A DNA stretch of 35,382 nt from a candidate division WOR-3 bacterium. Its GTDB lineage: Bacteria; Hydrothermota; Tepidihabitantia; Tepidihabitantales; JAOUPE01. A program made the translations under genes and the position numbers. The notes under the pieces were generated by a model. The model was not told the DNA's origin and did not search any database. It was given only the letters and a program-made list of their open reading frames with translations. Below, piece after piece: positions 27,525-35,382 of this stretch (position 1 is its first letter; every line of letters begins with the position of its first letter). The stretch covers positions 1 through 35,382 of the forward strand of contig JBDRUX010000011.1 of the NCBI GenBank assembly GCA_039801565.1, read 5' to 3'.

Positions 27525-28357
27525 GCGAAAATTATTATCTACCCGAACCGATGCGAATTGTCCGACGCTATGATTTAATTAAAGATGTCCGGTTTTTTCA
27601 GGTGCGTGCCCTGGCGATGGAGCGCGCCTTAGCAATGCAATATCTACCCGGTCAATTTATGATGATTTCGATTCCAGGTGTTGGTGAAGCCCCGTTTTCC
27701 ATCAGTTCCAGTCCATCGCGACCCGGGCTACTCGAATTCGGTATCCGGCGCACCGGAGTTTTGACTAATGAACTATTTAAACTGAAAGAAAATGCGGTAA
27801 TCGGTGTGCGCGGTCCTTATGGCAACGGTTTCCCAATTGCGAAGATTGAAAAACATGATGTCGTTATTGTAGTCGGTGGTTTAGGGGCGGTTCCGTTACG
27901 CTCGCTTCTATTGTACATCTTAGACAATCGTGACCGTTATGGTCAGGTTACTTTTATGTATGGTGGTCGAAAACCCGACGAGATGCTTTTCTTACGGGAA
28001 TTTCTTGAATTACGAGAAAGAGACGATTTAAACTGCCTTTTAGCCGTCGAAAGAGACCCGGACGGCAAATGGCCCGGTGAGATTGGTCTCGTTACATCAC
28101 TTTTTAAAAAATTGAAAAAGATTGATGCGGAAAATACTTATGCTCTGGTTTGCGGACCACCGGTGATGTATAAATTTGTTATCAATGAACTTCTAAAATT
28201 AAATATACCAAAACATCAAATCTTAATGACCTTGGAACGAAGAATGAAGTGTGGAATTGGTAAATGTGGCCATTGTGCCATCGGTTCAATCTACACTTGC
28301 TTGGACGGACCGGTATTTTCCTATTGGGATGTTATTCATATGAAGGATTTAATATGA
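27521..28357 (+). CDS. hydG: Sulfhydrogenase gamma subunit, HydG/AsrB-like FAD/NAD(P)-binding oxidoreductase with a C-terminal 2Fe-2S cluster.
   Basis: Ferredoxin-reductase-type fold motifs (GVGEAPFSISS, VVGGLGAVPLRS). C-terminal CGIGKCGHCAIGSIYTCLDGPVF. ATGA overlaps with both neighbours. Confidence 0.85.
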   Translation: MSENYYLPEPMRIVRRYDLIKDVRFFQVRALAMERALAMQYLPGQFMMISIPGVGEAPFSISSSPSRPGLLEFGIRRTGVLTNELFKLKENAVIGVRGPYGNGFPIAKIEKHDVVIVVGGLGAVPLRSLLLYILDNRDRYGQVTFMYGGRKPDEMLFLREFLELRERDDLNCLLAVERDPDGKWPGEIGLVTSLFKKLKKIDAENTYALVCGPPVMYKFVINELLKLNIPKHQILMTLERRMKCGIGKCGHCAIGSIYTCLDGPVFSYWDVIHMKDLI

Positions 28358-29151
28358 GAGAAAATACTGAGATTACTTCAAAACCTTTGGTTGGTTTTTA
28401 TAATTTTTCAGGCTGTTCGGGTTGCCTTTTGACCATTCTAAACTGCGAAGACGATTTATTAGATATTTTTGCTGCGGGTGAAGTGGTCTCATTCTTAATG
28501 GCAAACCGTGGTAATATCGAAAAGAATCTTGACATTGCCTTTATTGACGGTTCAGTAACTACTAAAGATCAACAAGAATTTCTTCTTGATTTACGAAGCC
28601 GTACCAAAAAATTAGTTGCCTTAGGTACTTGTGCCTGCTATGGCGGTTTACAGGCAATGGAGACTGGTAAGAGCTCTTTTGCCAGTCGTTATCAGAGGGT
28701 TTACGGTAAAACCGGTCCGACAATTGTTCAGGCTTTTGAATCAAAACCTTTAGACGCATTTGTCAAAGTTGATTATTATCAGCCTGGTTGTCCAATTGAT
28801 GGCAAGCAATTTTTATTTACCTATTCGCGTCTGGTACGGGATTTGCCAGCTGACCCACCACTGGCTAAGGTTCCGGTCTGCACCGAATGCAAATGGCACG
28901 AAAATGAATGTTTGCTTTTAAAAGACAAACTATGTCTCGGTCCGATTACCGCTGCTGGCTGTAATGCCCGTTGTCCTTCCAATAATACCGGATGTGTTGG
29001 CTGTTTTGGTCCCGCTGATGAACAGAATTTGACCTCAGAAATTAATCTTTTAAAATCCAAGAAATTTCCGTTAGAGACAATTGAGCGGAAACTCCGGATT
29101 TTCGGCGGGACGCGTTTTGCTGCAATACTGGGACAATTAAAAAAACATTAG
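28354..29151 (+). CDS. hydD: NiFe hydrogenase small (delta) subunit, group 3 type. The start is placed at ATG 28354, which overlaps the hydG stop.
   Basis: N-terminal proximal-cluster motif YNFSGCSGCLLT. Additional Cys ligands GTCACYGG, CPIDG and CTECKWHENEC. About 265 aa, as in the Pyrococcus delta subunit. Confidence 0.85.
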   Translation: MRENTEITSKPLVGFYNFSGCSGCLLTILNCEDDLLDIFAAGEVVSFLMANRGNIEKNLDIAFIDGSVTTKDQQEFLLDLRSRTKKLVALGTCACYGGLQAMETGKSSFASRYQRVYGKTGPTIVQAFESKPLDAFVKVDYYQPGCPIDGKQFLFTYSRLVRDLPADPPLAKVPVCTECKWHENECLLLKDKLCLGPITAAGCNARCPSNNTGCVGCFGPADEQNLTSEINLLKSKKFPLETIERKLRIFGGTRFAAILGQLKKH

Positions 29152-29165
29152 GAAAAGGGAAGTAA

Positions 29166-30470
29166 ATGGCAAAAATTGAAGTAAAACACGTTGCCCGCAT
29201 TGAAGGCCATGCCGGAATCGAAGTCGAAATTGAACGCAGGAAAGTAAAACAAGTAAAAGTTAACATCCCGGAAGGACCCCGCCTTTTTGAAACTTTAGTT
29301 TTGGGCAAAACACCCGAAGAGGCGGTTAGTATTGTGCCACGCATCTGTGCCATATGTTCGGTATCCCATCGGCTTGCTTCCATTACCGCCTTGGAACGAG
29401 CATTTGAAATTAAAGTACCTATCGCTACAAAGTTGTTACGTGATTTGATGCATTATGGTGAAATGATTGAGTCCCATTCACTTCATATCTTTTTATTGGC
29501 TTTGCCCGATTATCTTGGTTATCCCAATGCGATTGCAATGACCGATAAATACACCGACCAGGTATTGCGCGGCTTGCGTTTGAAAAAATTTGGTAACCGA
29601 ATAATGGAGATAACCAGTGCCCGTTATACCCATGGCGAAAATCCCAATATTGGTGGATTTTATCGCTGGCCAAGTCGAAACGAACTCTTGGAAATTAAAA
29701 ACGAAGCAGAACGGTTATTAGCGGATGGCATTGAAACAGTGGAATTGATGCGAAATCTGCATTATCCGACTTCGATGGAAGAAGGGTTAATGTTTATGTG
29801 TTTAAATCCACTAACCGAGACTTATGGGTTTACGGGCGATTCGGTTCTAATTTCGAATGGCGAAGAAAGACCGGTCGACGATTATCTTAAATTAACTAAT
29901 GAGCGGGTAGTTGCCCACTCAACAGCCAAGCGGTGTCGTTATAATGGTAAACCTTATATCGTTGGTCCTTTGGCACGAATGAATCTTTTAGGCGAACGAC
30001 TCCATGGCAAAGCCGCCGAGGCTTTTAAGCGGTGCTATAGTTTAACTTGGGTGCGGAATCCTTTATATGCCAATCAAGCCCGGGCGATTGAGATTTTATT
30101 CTGCCTGGAAGATATTCCCAAACTGATTGACAAATTGCTCACAACAACCCCTCCAGAAATTAAAGAACCAACCAAGAAATCAGGCAAGGCGGCTGGTGCG
30201 GTCGAGGCACCACGTGGGACACTTTATCATTATTACGAAGTGGCACGGGGTTACGTGCGCAATGCCAATTTTGTAATTCCAACCACTCAGAACTTAGATG
30301 CAATTGAGCGTCATATCCAGGTTGCAGCAGAAAATCTGCTTAAGACTGGAGAGATAAATAAGAATGAAATTGAATTACTTTTGGAAATGGTGGTCCGTTC
30401 CTATGACCCTTGCGTCTCCTGTTCCGCCCATTTCGTTAATTTACGAATAAAAACGAACGATAACAAATAA
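29166..30470 (+). CDS. hydA: NiFe hydrogenase large (alpha) subunit, group 3b.
   Basis: N-terminal Ni-binding RICAICSVSH (RxCGxCxxxH). C-terminal DPCVSCSAHF (DPCxxCxxH), followed by a short cleavable extension VNLRIKTNDNK. An SD (aaaagggaag) precedes the ATG. Confidence 0.9.
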   Translation: MAKIEVKHVARIEGHAGIEVEIERRKVKQVKVNIPEGPRLFETLVLGKTPEEAVSIVPRICAICSVSHRLASITALERAFEIKVPIATKLLRDLMHYGEMIESHSLHIFLLALPDYLGYPNAIAMTDKYTDQVLRGLRLKKFGNRIMEITSARYTHGENPNIGGFYRWPSRNELLEIKNEAERLLADGIETVELMRNLHYPTSMEEGLMFMCLNPLTETYGFTGDSVLISNGEERPVDDYLKLTNERVVAHSTAKRCRYNGKPYIVGPLARMNLLGERLHGKAAEAFKRCYSLTWVRNPLYANQARAIEILFCLEDIPKLIDKLLTTTPPEIKEPTKKSGKAAGAVEAPRGTLYHYYEVARGYVRNANFVIPTTQNLDAIERHIQVAAENLLKTGEINKNEIELLLEMVVRSYDPCVSCSAHFVNLRIKTNDNK

Positions 30471-30534
30471 GACGAAGATTCGGGTAATTCATTAACATTA
30501 GCCTTGTTCAGTTATCAATTGGAAAATTTGCTTT

Positions 30535-31146
30535 ATGAAATGTCCACTTTGTAATCGGCGCAAAGGAGTCCGTAGCTGTCCAGTCTTGAATGTTCAAATC
30601 TGTTCGCTATGTTGTGGCAAAAGTCGACGCCGCACCGTTATTTGTCCGGATGATTGTACTTATTTGATTGTTGGGCGTCAATACCAAGTTCAACGAATTG
30701 GCAATTTTGAACCGATTGAAAAAGTTCGTAAACTTATTCCGGATTATCTGAACAATATTGAATATAGTATTCTTCTGGTTCGCCAGAACCGATTTGGTGA
30801 CCTTAAAGACCGGGAAGTTAAAGAAGCCTTGGAAAACCTATTAAAAACAATTGAAACCGCGGAGAAGAAAATTCTTTACGAGTACCGTTCTCCTAATCCC
30901 AAAGTTCAAATTGTAGCCGACAGTGTTCATAAGATAATTGAAAAACAAGAGAATAGCGAAGCTGGGTTGCGTCCGGCCTCAAGTGATGAGACTAAAACTT
31001 GCTTGAAGGCAATAATAATTACCCTACGGTCTTTAGTTGAACAAAATCCCGAATCAACCGTTTACTTAGATTTTATTCAACAATACACCCATGAAATAAT
31101 TAAAGAGGCGTCAAATAATGCAGTAAAGACGAGGATAATTATCTAA
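30535..31146 (+). CDS. Hypothetical protein with an N-terminal Cys-rich (zinc-ribbon-like) module.
   Basis: MKCPLCNRRKGVRSCPVLNVQICSLCCGKSRRRTVICPDDC: ten Cys in the first 42 residues. The remaining ~160 aa are predicted helical. No family recognised. Confidence 0.5.
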   Translation: MKCPLCNRRKGVRSCPVLNVQICSLCCGKSRRRTVICPDDCTYLIVGRQYQVQRIGNFEPIEKVRKLIPDYLNNIEYSILLVRQNRFGDLKDREVKEALENLLKTIETAEKKILYEYRSPNPKVQIVADSVHKIIEKQENSEAGLRPASSDETKTCLKAIIITLRSLVEQNPESTVYLDFIQQYTHEIIKEASNNAVKTRIII

Positions 31147-31327
31147 AATTCCAACTCTGGTCATTTCTTAATTTATAAAAAATCACTGATTCTTAAAAGC
31201 GAGAATTATAAATTCGATGTCTTTTTCAAAGGTAATCAGTTATTCCCGGCACCGTTTATATTTGCTCCTGATACTTTAAATTGAGGTCTGCCAGGGACCA
31301 CTTTTGTCTGTAAGAATAAATAAAAAA

Positions 31328-31350
31328 GGGGACGAATTTCGTCCCCTTTT
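31328..31350. terminator. Bidirectional rho-independent terminator shared by the convergent genes 30535-31146 (+) and 31368-31991 (-).
   Basis: ggggacg-aattt-cgtcccc hairpin flanked by aaaaaa on one side and tttt on the other. Confidence 0.65.
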
Positions 31351-31367
31351 AAGTTTATGCAATCGAA

Positions 31368-31991
31368 TCAGTTGTGGAGCACGAAGAAGATGAAGATATC
31401 CGGGTCCATCGGGTCAACTTCAAACATTGGCTGTTCGATTGACTTGCCGTAGCCACAAATACCATATTCGACGAATGCTCCGGTTTCAGGATGTTCGCCA
31501 ACAATGATCTGGATTGAGCCGGGAATTGTGCCGGTGAGGTCCAAATATGGACACTCGTCGTCCTCGCTATTCGTTTGGGCACAGACACCGAGGTCAAAGG
31601 TCTCTTCACCGTAAATTAAACCGACATCTAACGCATCATCGTCATTATAAGTCTTTCCGTCATAGGGATTAACCGGGAATTGACCAGGTTTCCCAACGGT
31701 TGGGTCTTCGGGGTCAAACGGGTCACCGCCGGGGAAGTAAGTAGCTGGATTGGCTGGAGTATCATCCTCGGGGTCCCAATCACCTACATAATCATCGCCT
31801 GGATAACTGCCATAGTGGTCGGTTGCATAGGCCTCAAGCACGGTTTGAACAATATGCATATTGTTCTTTACTGATGCTCTCCTTGCTCTTTCCTGGAACA
31901 GCACGAAGTTCGGAATAACTAACGCCAATAGAATACCGATAATCAAGATAACCACCAGTAATTCGATTAGGGTAAATCCCTTGTTCCGCAT
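31368..31991 (-). CDS. Type IV pilin / pseudopilin-like protein (prepilin-type N-terminal cleavage/methylation domain) with an Asp/Glu/Pro-rich C-terminal domain.
   Basis: MRNKGFTLIELLVVILIIGILLALVIPNF is the canonical class III signal (G-1, F+1, E+5). A strong SD (gggaGGTGaataaaaATG) and a consensus promoter lie upstream. No pilus assembly genes are adjacent. Confidence 0.8.
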   Translation of the reverse strand: MRNKGFTLIELLVVILIIGILLALVIPNFVLFQERARRASVKNNMHIVQTVLEAYATDHYGSYPGDDYVGDWDPEDDTPANPATYFPGGDPFDPEDPTVGKPGQFPVNPYDGKTYNDDDALDVGLIYGEETFDLGVCAQTNSEDDECPYLDLTGTIPGSIQIIVGEHPETGAFVEYGICGYGKSIEQPMFEVDPMDPDIFIFFVLHN

Positions 31992-32107
31992 TTTTATTCA
32001 CCTCCCTTCTTTTAAGAGTAAAGCGATTACCCCGAGACTACCTATAATTGGTTTTTTGCCATTGGATACTTTTAGGTATCTCATGGGGTCTCTCTTTTTA
32101 CGATTTT

Positions 32108-32135
32108 ATTATACAAAAATTTTAAAATTTGTCAA
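32108..32135 (-). promoter_or_regulatory. Consensus sigma70 promoter (TTGACA-N16-TATAAT) for the pilin-like gene, giving a ~115-nt leader.
   Basis: Minus-strand sequence cTTGACAaattttaaaatttttgTATAATaaaatcg. Confidence 0.5.
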
Positions 32136-32309
32136 GCAAAATTTTTATCGCAAAGCAAGAATTTATCTAAGATTTAATATTAATTAAATTCTTAAGTCAT
32201 TGTATCTTTGAATCTTAAAAATAGATATATTGAAATAAATGTAAGATAAAAATCTTACGCAATTTCACCAATTAACAAGGCTGAGGGGGTAGTTTAATAT
32301 TTTGTTAAA

Positions 32310-33392
32310 TTAATGGCTGGGGTCATTTCTTAGGTTATGGATAAAATTTGCAATGAAATGCGCCCCCATATTATCGTAGCTGCCGAACCCTTTTGCCGCT
32401 GCTTGCCAAAGTATTTTGTCTTTTTGCAATTTAATTATTTGCTCACCTAAATTTTGGGCAGCTTCTTCATTCTTTAAAGGAAAAGCAACGCCGCATTCTT
32501 CAAGAAAACTGTAATTCAGTTGGGCATAAGTGCCAATCAAAGGGAAAAGAACAAACATTGGAATTCCCAAACCGACCGCCCAATTGGTTCGCTCGTGCGA
32601 CGCCGCAACGATTACATCAATACATTTCATCAATTCTGCGGTCTTTCGATTCTCTTCCCGGCGGTTCTTGCTCTGGACAACCATTATATTCTGGGGATTT
32701 ATTTGATGGTTACGCTTTCTAATTAATTCAATTCTTTTTTGTAAAAGGGCAGCTTTTTGCGGATTGGTTCCAGTAAAAACAATTGCGCGCATTCCATCTT
32801 TTACAACGGATTCGACGGCAAGAAAGATTTTTGTGATATGCGGTCGGGGATAGGCTTGGGAGATAAAAAAGGCAACAGTTAATGGTTCATTAGAATTAAG
32901 CCTTGCCTGCCGCAAATTGAAATTCTTTTCCGCATCGCTTAACAATTCGGGCTCGATTACCAACCCGGTTACGACAATCGCTTCTGGTTTAACGCCAAAT
33001 TTTACGAATTGATTTTTGGTTGATTTGAGGGGAACAAAAATTGTGACATTATCGCTTATCGCGCATTCACGCGGTGCCGCAATTTCGCCATGAATATAAA
33101 AAACTTTCAAACCCCGGTTGGCTAAAATCCTTGCCACTAAGGGGTGCTCAGCCAAAAATAACGCTCGCCAATTTAAAACCGCTACCTTTAATCCTTGGCT
33201 CAATAATTTGAGAAAGATTGGATTAGGGACTGACAACTTCTGCCGAAATTGATTGTAAAACTTTGTAATAAGCCCACCATAGCCACCTAAGAGATAAAAT
33301 CTTTTAATCACTTGCCAGCCAAACTTACCCATACTGTTTGTCATTTGAGAAATATTTTTGTATTCAACTTTTAGGGACGGGTATTGGCTCAA
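32310..33392 (-). CDS. Putative GT-B glycosyltransferase, GT28/MGDG-synthase- or MurG-like.
   Basis: 360 aa. The C-terminal segment VAASHERTNWAVGLGIPMFVLFPLIG...EECGVAFPL resembles the donor-binding region of UgtP/MurG-type enzymes (ITKPGG.T..EA.A.G.P.I...P.....N). The assignment is tentative. Confidence 0.45.
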   Translation of the reverse strand: MSQYPSLKVEYKNISQMTNSMGKFGWQVIKRFYLLGGYGGLITKFYNQFRQKLSVPNPIFLKLLSQGLKVAVLNWRALFLAEHPLVARILANRGLKVFYIHGEIAAPRECAISDNVTIFVPLKSTKNQFVKFGVKPEAIVVTGLVIEPELLSDAEKNFNLRQARLNSNEPLTVAFFISQAYPRPHITKIFLAVESVVKDGMRAIVFTGTNPQKAALLQKRIELIRKRNHQINPQNIMVVQSKNRREENRKTAELMKCIDVIVAASHERTNWAVGLGIPMFVLFPLIGTYAQLNYSFLEECGVAFPLKNEEAAQNLGEQIIKLQKDKILWQAAAKGFGSYDNMGAHFIANFIHNLRNDPSH

Positions 33393-33471
33393 AAGAATTG
33401 TAACGACACTATCCAGGTAATTCGGATGTCCCCGCCCAATTTCGGTGCTTAAGGCAACGATGCTTTTAATC

Positions 33472-34740
33472 TTATCGGGTAATTATCTGTTCCCGTTTTG
33501 GCCCAACCGAGATGATTTCGATTGGGACACCTAAAAATGATTCGAGCCGTTGAATATAATTCTGCGCCGGTTTGGGCAGGTCGTTAAAATCTCTAATTTC
33601 AGAAATAGGTGTCTGCCAGCCTTCAACTTCTTCATAGACTGGCTCACAGCGGTTCAAAAGTCGAGTAACCGGAACTGTATCAATTGTTTTGCCATTGATT
33701 CGATAGCCAACACAAATCTTTATTTTCGGGAAAACATCTAAGACATCCAGTAAGGAAAGTGCCAAGCGGGTTGCTCCGGTCAATTGGACACCGTAGCGAG
33801 TCGCGACCGCATCAAACCAACCGACTCTTCTGGGTCGTCCGGTAGCAGCGCCATATTCTTGACCCCGCTCCCGAATCAAATTCCCAGTTTCGTCTTTCAG
33901 TTCGGTAACGAATGGTCCGCCACCAACACTTGAGCTATAAGCCTTCACCACACCTAAAATATCATTTATTTTATAAGGTGGTATTCCAGCACCAACACTG
34001 GCAAATCCAGGTAACGGATTGGAAGATGTCGTATACGGATAAATTCCCCAATCTAAGTCGCGCATCACTCCCAATTGACCTTCCAAAAGAATCTTCTTGT
34101 CTTCTTTCAAAGCTTTTTGGACAACTGGCATAATGTCACAAATATAACCTTTTAACTTCTGCCCATAATCGTAGGCATAATCTATCATTTCGGTAACTGA
34201 CAATGGTTTTTGATTATAGACTGCCTGGATTATGAGATTTTTTTTTGCCAAGACCGCCTCGATTCTTTCAATCAGGTATTCTTTATCCAAGAGGTCTGCC
34301 ATCTGCAGTCCGACCCTTGCCGCTTTATCAGCATAAACCGGGGCAATTCCTCGTAGTGTGGTTCCTAATTTTTTATTTCCCAAACTCGCTTCTTCTAATT
34401 TGTCAAACAGGATATGATAAGGCATTACAACCTGGGCTCTTTCCGAAATGAGCAGGGTTCCCATTTTTACCCCGGCTGATTTCAGCTCACAAATCTCTTG
34501 CCAGATTGCTTCAGGGTTGACTACGACACCGGTGCCGATGATATTAATTGTCTTGGGATTAAATATCCCACAGGGGACCAAGTGGAGACGAAATTTTCCG
34601 AATTGATTAATAACGGTGTGACCAGCGTTATTGCCACCTTGGAAGCGAATCACCATATCGGCATTTTGGGCAAGAAAATCAACAATTCTGCCTTTACCTT
34701 CGTCACCCCACTGGGTGCCAACCACCGCAGTTATTGGCAT
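33472..34740 (-). CDS. purA: Adenylosuccinate synthetase.
   Basis: N-terminal GTQWGDEGKGRIVDFLAQNADMVIRFQGGNNAGHTV, a typical PurA P-loop/GDEGKGK motif. 422 aa. Confidence 0.95.
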   Translation of the reverse strand: MPITAVVGTQWGDEGKGRIVDFLAQNADMVIRFQGGNNAGHTVINQFGKFRLHLVPCGIFNPKTINIIGTGVVVNPEAIWQEICELKSAGVKMGTLLISERAQVVMPYHILFDKLEEASLGNKKLGTTLRGIAPVYADKAARVGLQMADLLDKEYLIERIEAVLAKKNLIIQAVYNQKPLSVTEMIDYAYDYGQKLKGYICDIMPVVQKALKEDKKILLEGQLGVMRDLDWGIYPYTTSSNPLPGFASVGAGIPPYKINDILGVVKAYSSSVGGGPFVTELKDETGNLIRERGQEYGAATGRPRRVGWFDAVATRYGVQLTGATRLALSLLDVLDVFPKIKICVGYRINGKTIDTVPVTRLLNRCEPVYEEVEGWQTPISEIRDFNDLPKPAQNYIQRLESFLGVPIEIISVGPKREQIITR

Positions 34741-35326
34741 TTCAATTCAGTATATTGAATTATTCTTTTAAGTCAATCCGTTATGATGAAGCAGATAGAA
34801 TTTATCACGGATTATTTCCGTTACTTAAAACCAGTGCGACAATTTTTAAATTGGTTAGTTTTCGGGCTTACCCGGATATCATTTAAATGAAACGAAGAAC
34901 GGTATGAAGTCGAAGTGCTAAAGTGATTTGCTTCGTTAAAAACCTGATGGGAATTCGTAGGCCAGCCTTTGTGCCAGATTATAGCTAACGAGGTGATAGG
35001 AAACAAAAATTTGAAGCGGTGCCTCAAGTATCTTTCACACTAGTTAAGAGCTAACTTTCTAAGAGGAATGTAATTAAAGAGCTATTCTCTTATATATTTT
35101 TCGTAAAGTGGTTATTGAGATTTTAAACTCACGACTGCAAAAATCGCAACGCACGCTGACCGGGCGGTTATGGGCAATCATTTCACCGATAATGTCCTTG
35201 CCCAATGCCGCAATTGCCGCTAAACACTTTCGGCGATTACAGTGACATTTATATCGTAAAGTTTGGTAGTGTCCCTATTGTCGTGGAAATTTAAATGAGT
35301 ATAATAAGCTTAAAAGGAGAAAAGGT

Positions 35327-35382
35327 ATGAAACTTAGTCAAGGAACGGTTATTTTCGAAGAAGACACTCTCACCGAGGCGAT
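35327..35382 (+). CDS. 5' end of a gene truncated by the window edge (MKLSQGTVIFEEDTLTEA...).
   Basis: ATG preceded by a strong SD (aaaaGGAGaaaaggtATG), with a TATAAT at ~35300 and a TTGTCG -35-like hexamer 16 nt upstream. Confidence 0.4.
   Translation, partial: MKLSQGTVIFEEDTLTEA

Noticed and set aside
34821-35027. 68-aa minus-strand ORF in the purA upstream region.
   Set aside because: No start context and a low-complexity translation. It most likely lies in the purA leader/promoter region.
1-35382. CRISPR arrays, rRNA and tRNA genes.
   Set aside because: No regularly spaced direct repeats of 24-48 bp, no rRNA-like conserved blocks, and no sequence that folds into a tRNA cloverleaf were found by eye.

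Overview
This 35.4 kb window is a bacterial chromosomal segment. Genes are mostly tightly packed, with strong Shine-Dalgarno sites on some and consensus sigma70-type promoters (TTGACA-N16/17-TATAAT) upstream of others. Core genes include a V-type ATPase C-F-A-B block (2480-6973), purA, PgeF/YfiH, an SPFH/band-7 protein, and a group 3b NiFe sulfhydrogenase hydBGDA cluster (26421-30470). Four secreted beta-propeller proteins (FG-GAP, SBBP, Kelch and BNR-like repeats) carry type IX secretion (T9SS) C-terminal sorting domains, which places the organism in the T9SS-using (Bacteroidota/FCB-like) part of the tree. An anaerobic lifestyle is inferred from the hydrogenase; beyond that the lineage cannot be stated. 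The most notable region is a compact minus-strand operon (18801->12042). It encodes an unknown 281-aa protein, two paralogous BrxD/DUF2791-like P-loop ATPases, an Lhr-like DExH SF2 helicase and a tightly coupled GT4 glycosyltransferase. It is driven by a consensus promoter that gives a leaderless first gene, and its internal junctions carry tandem TTGAAC repeats. The architecture resembles BREX accessory genes (brxD-brxHI) or Shango-like ATPase+helicase defence modules, but no methyltransferase or PglZ is present, so it is a candidate uncharacterised defence-like system. Other points: an IS4-family transposase C-terminal remnant with in-frame stops sits directly upstream of the V-ATPase block, which lacks the usual I/K/E and D genes. 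A low-GC gene pair at the window start encodes a degenerate SNase-fold protein. A distinctly AT-rich 623-aa secreted-protein gene looks horizontally acquired. A 58-codon zinc-ribbon gene is missing from the ORF track. Several long intergenic spacers carry GC-rich palindromic or stem-forming words that may be ncRNAs. No rRNA, tRNA or CRISPR array was found.
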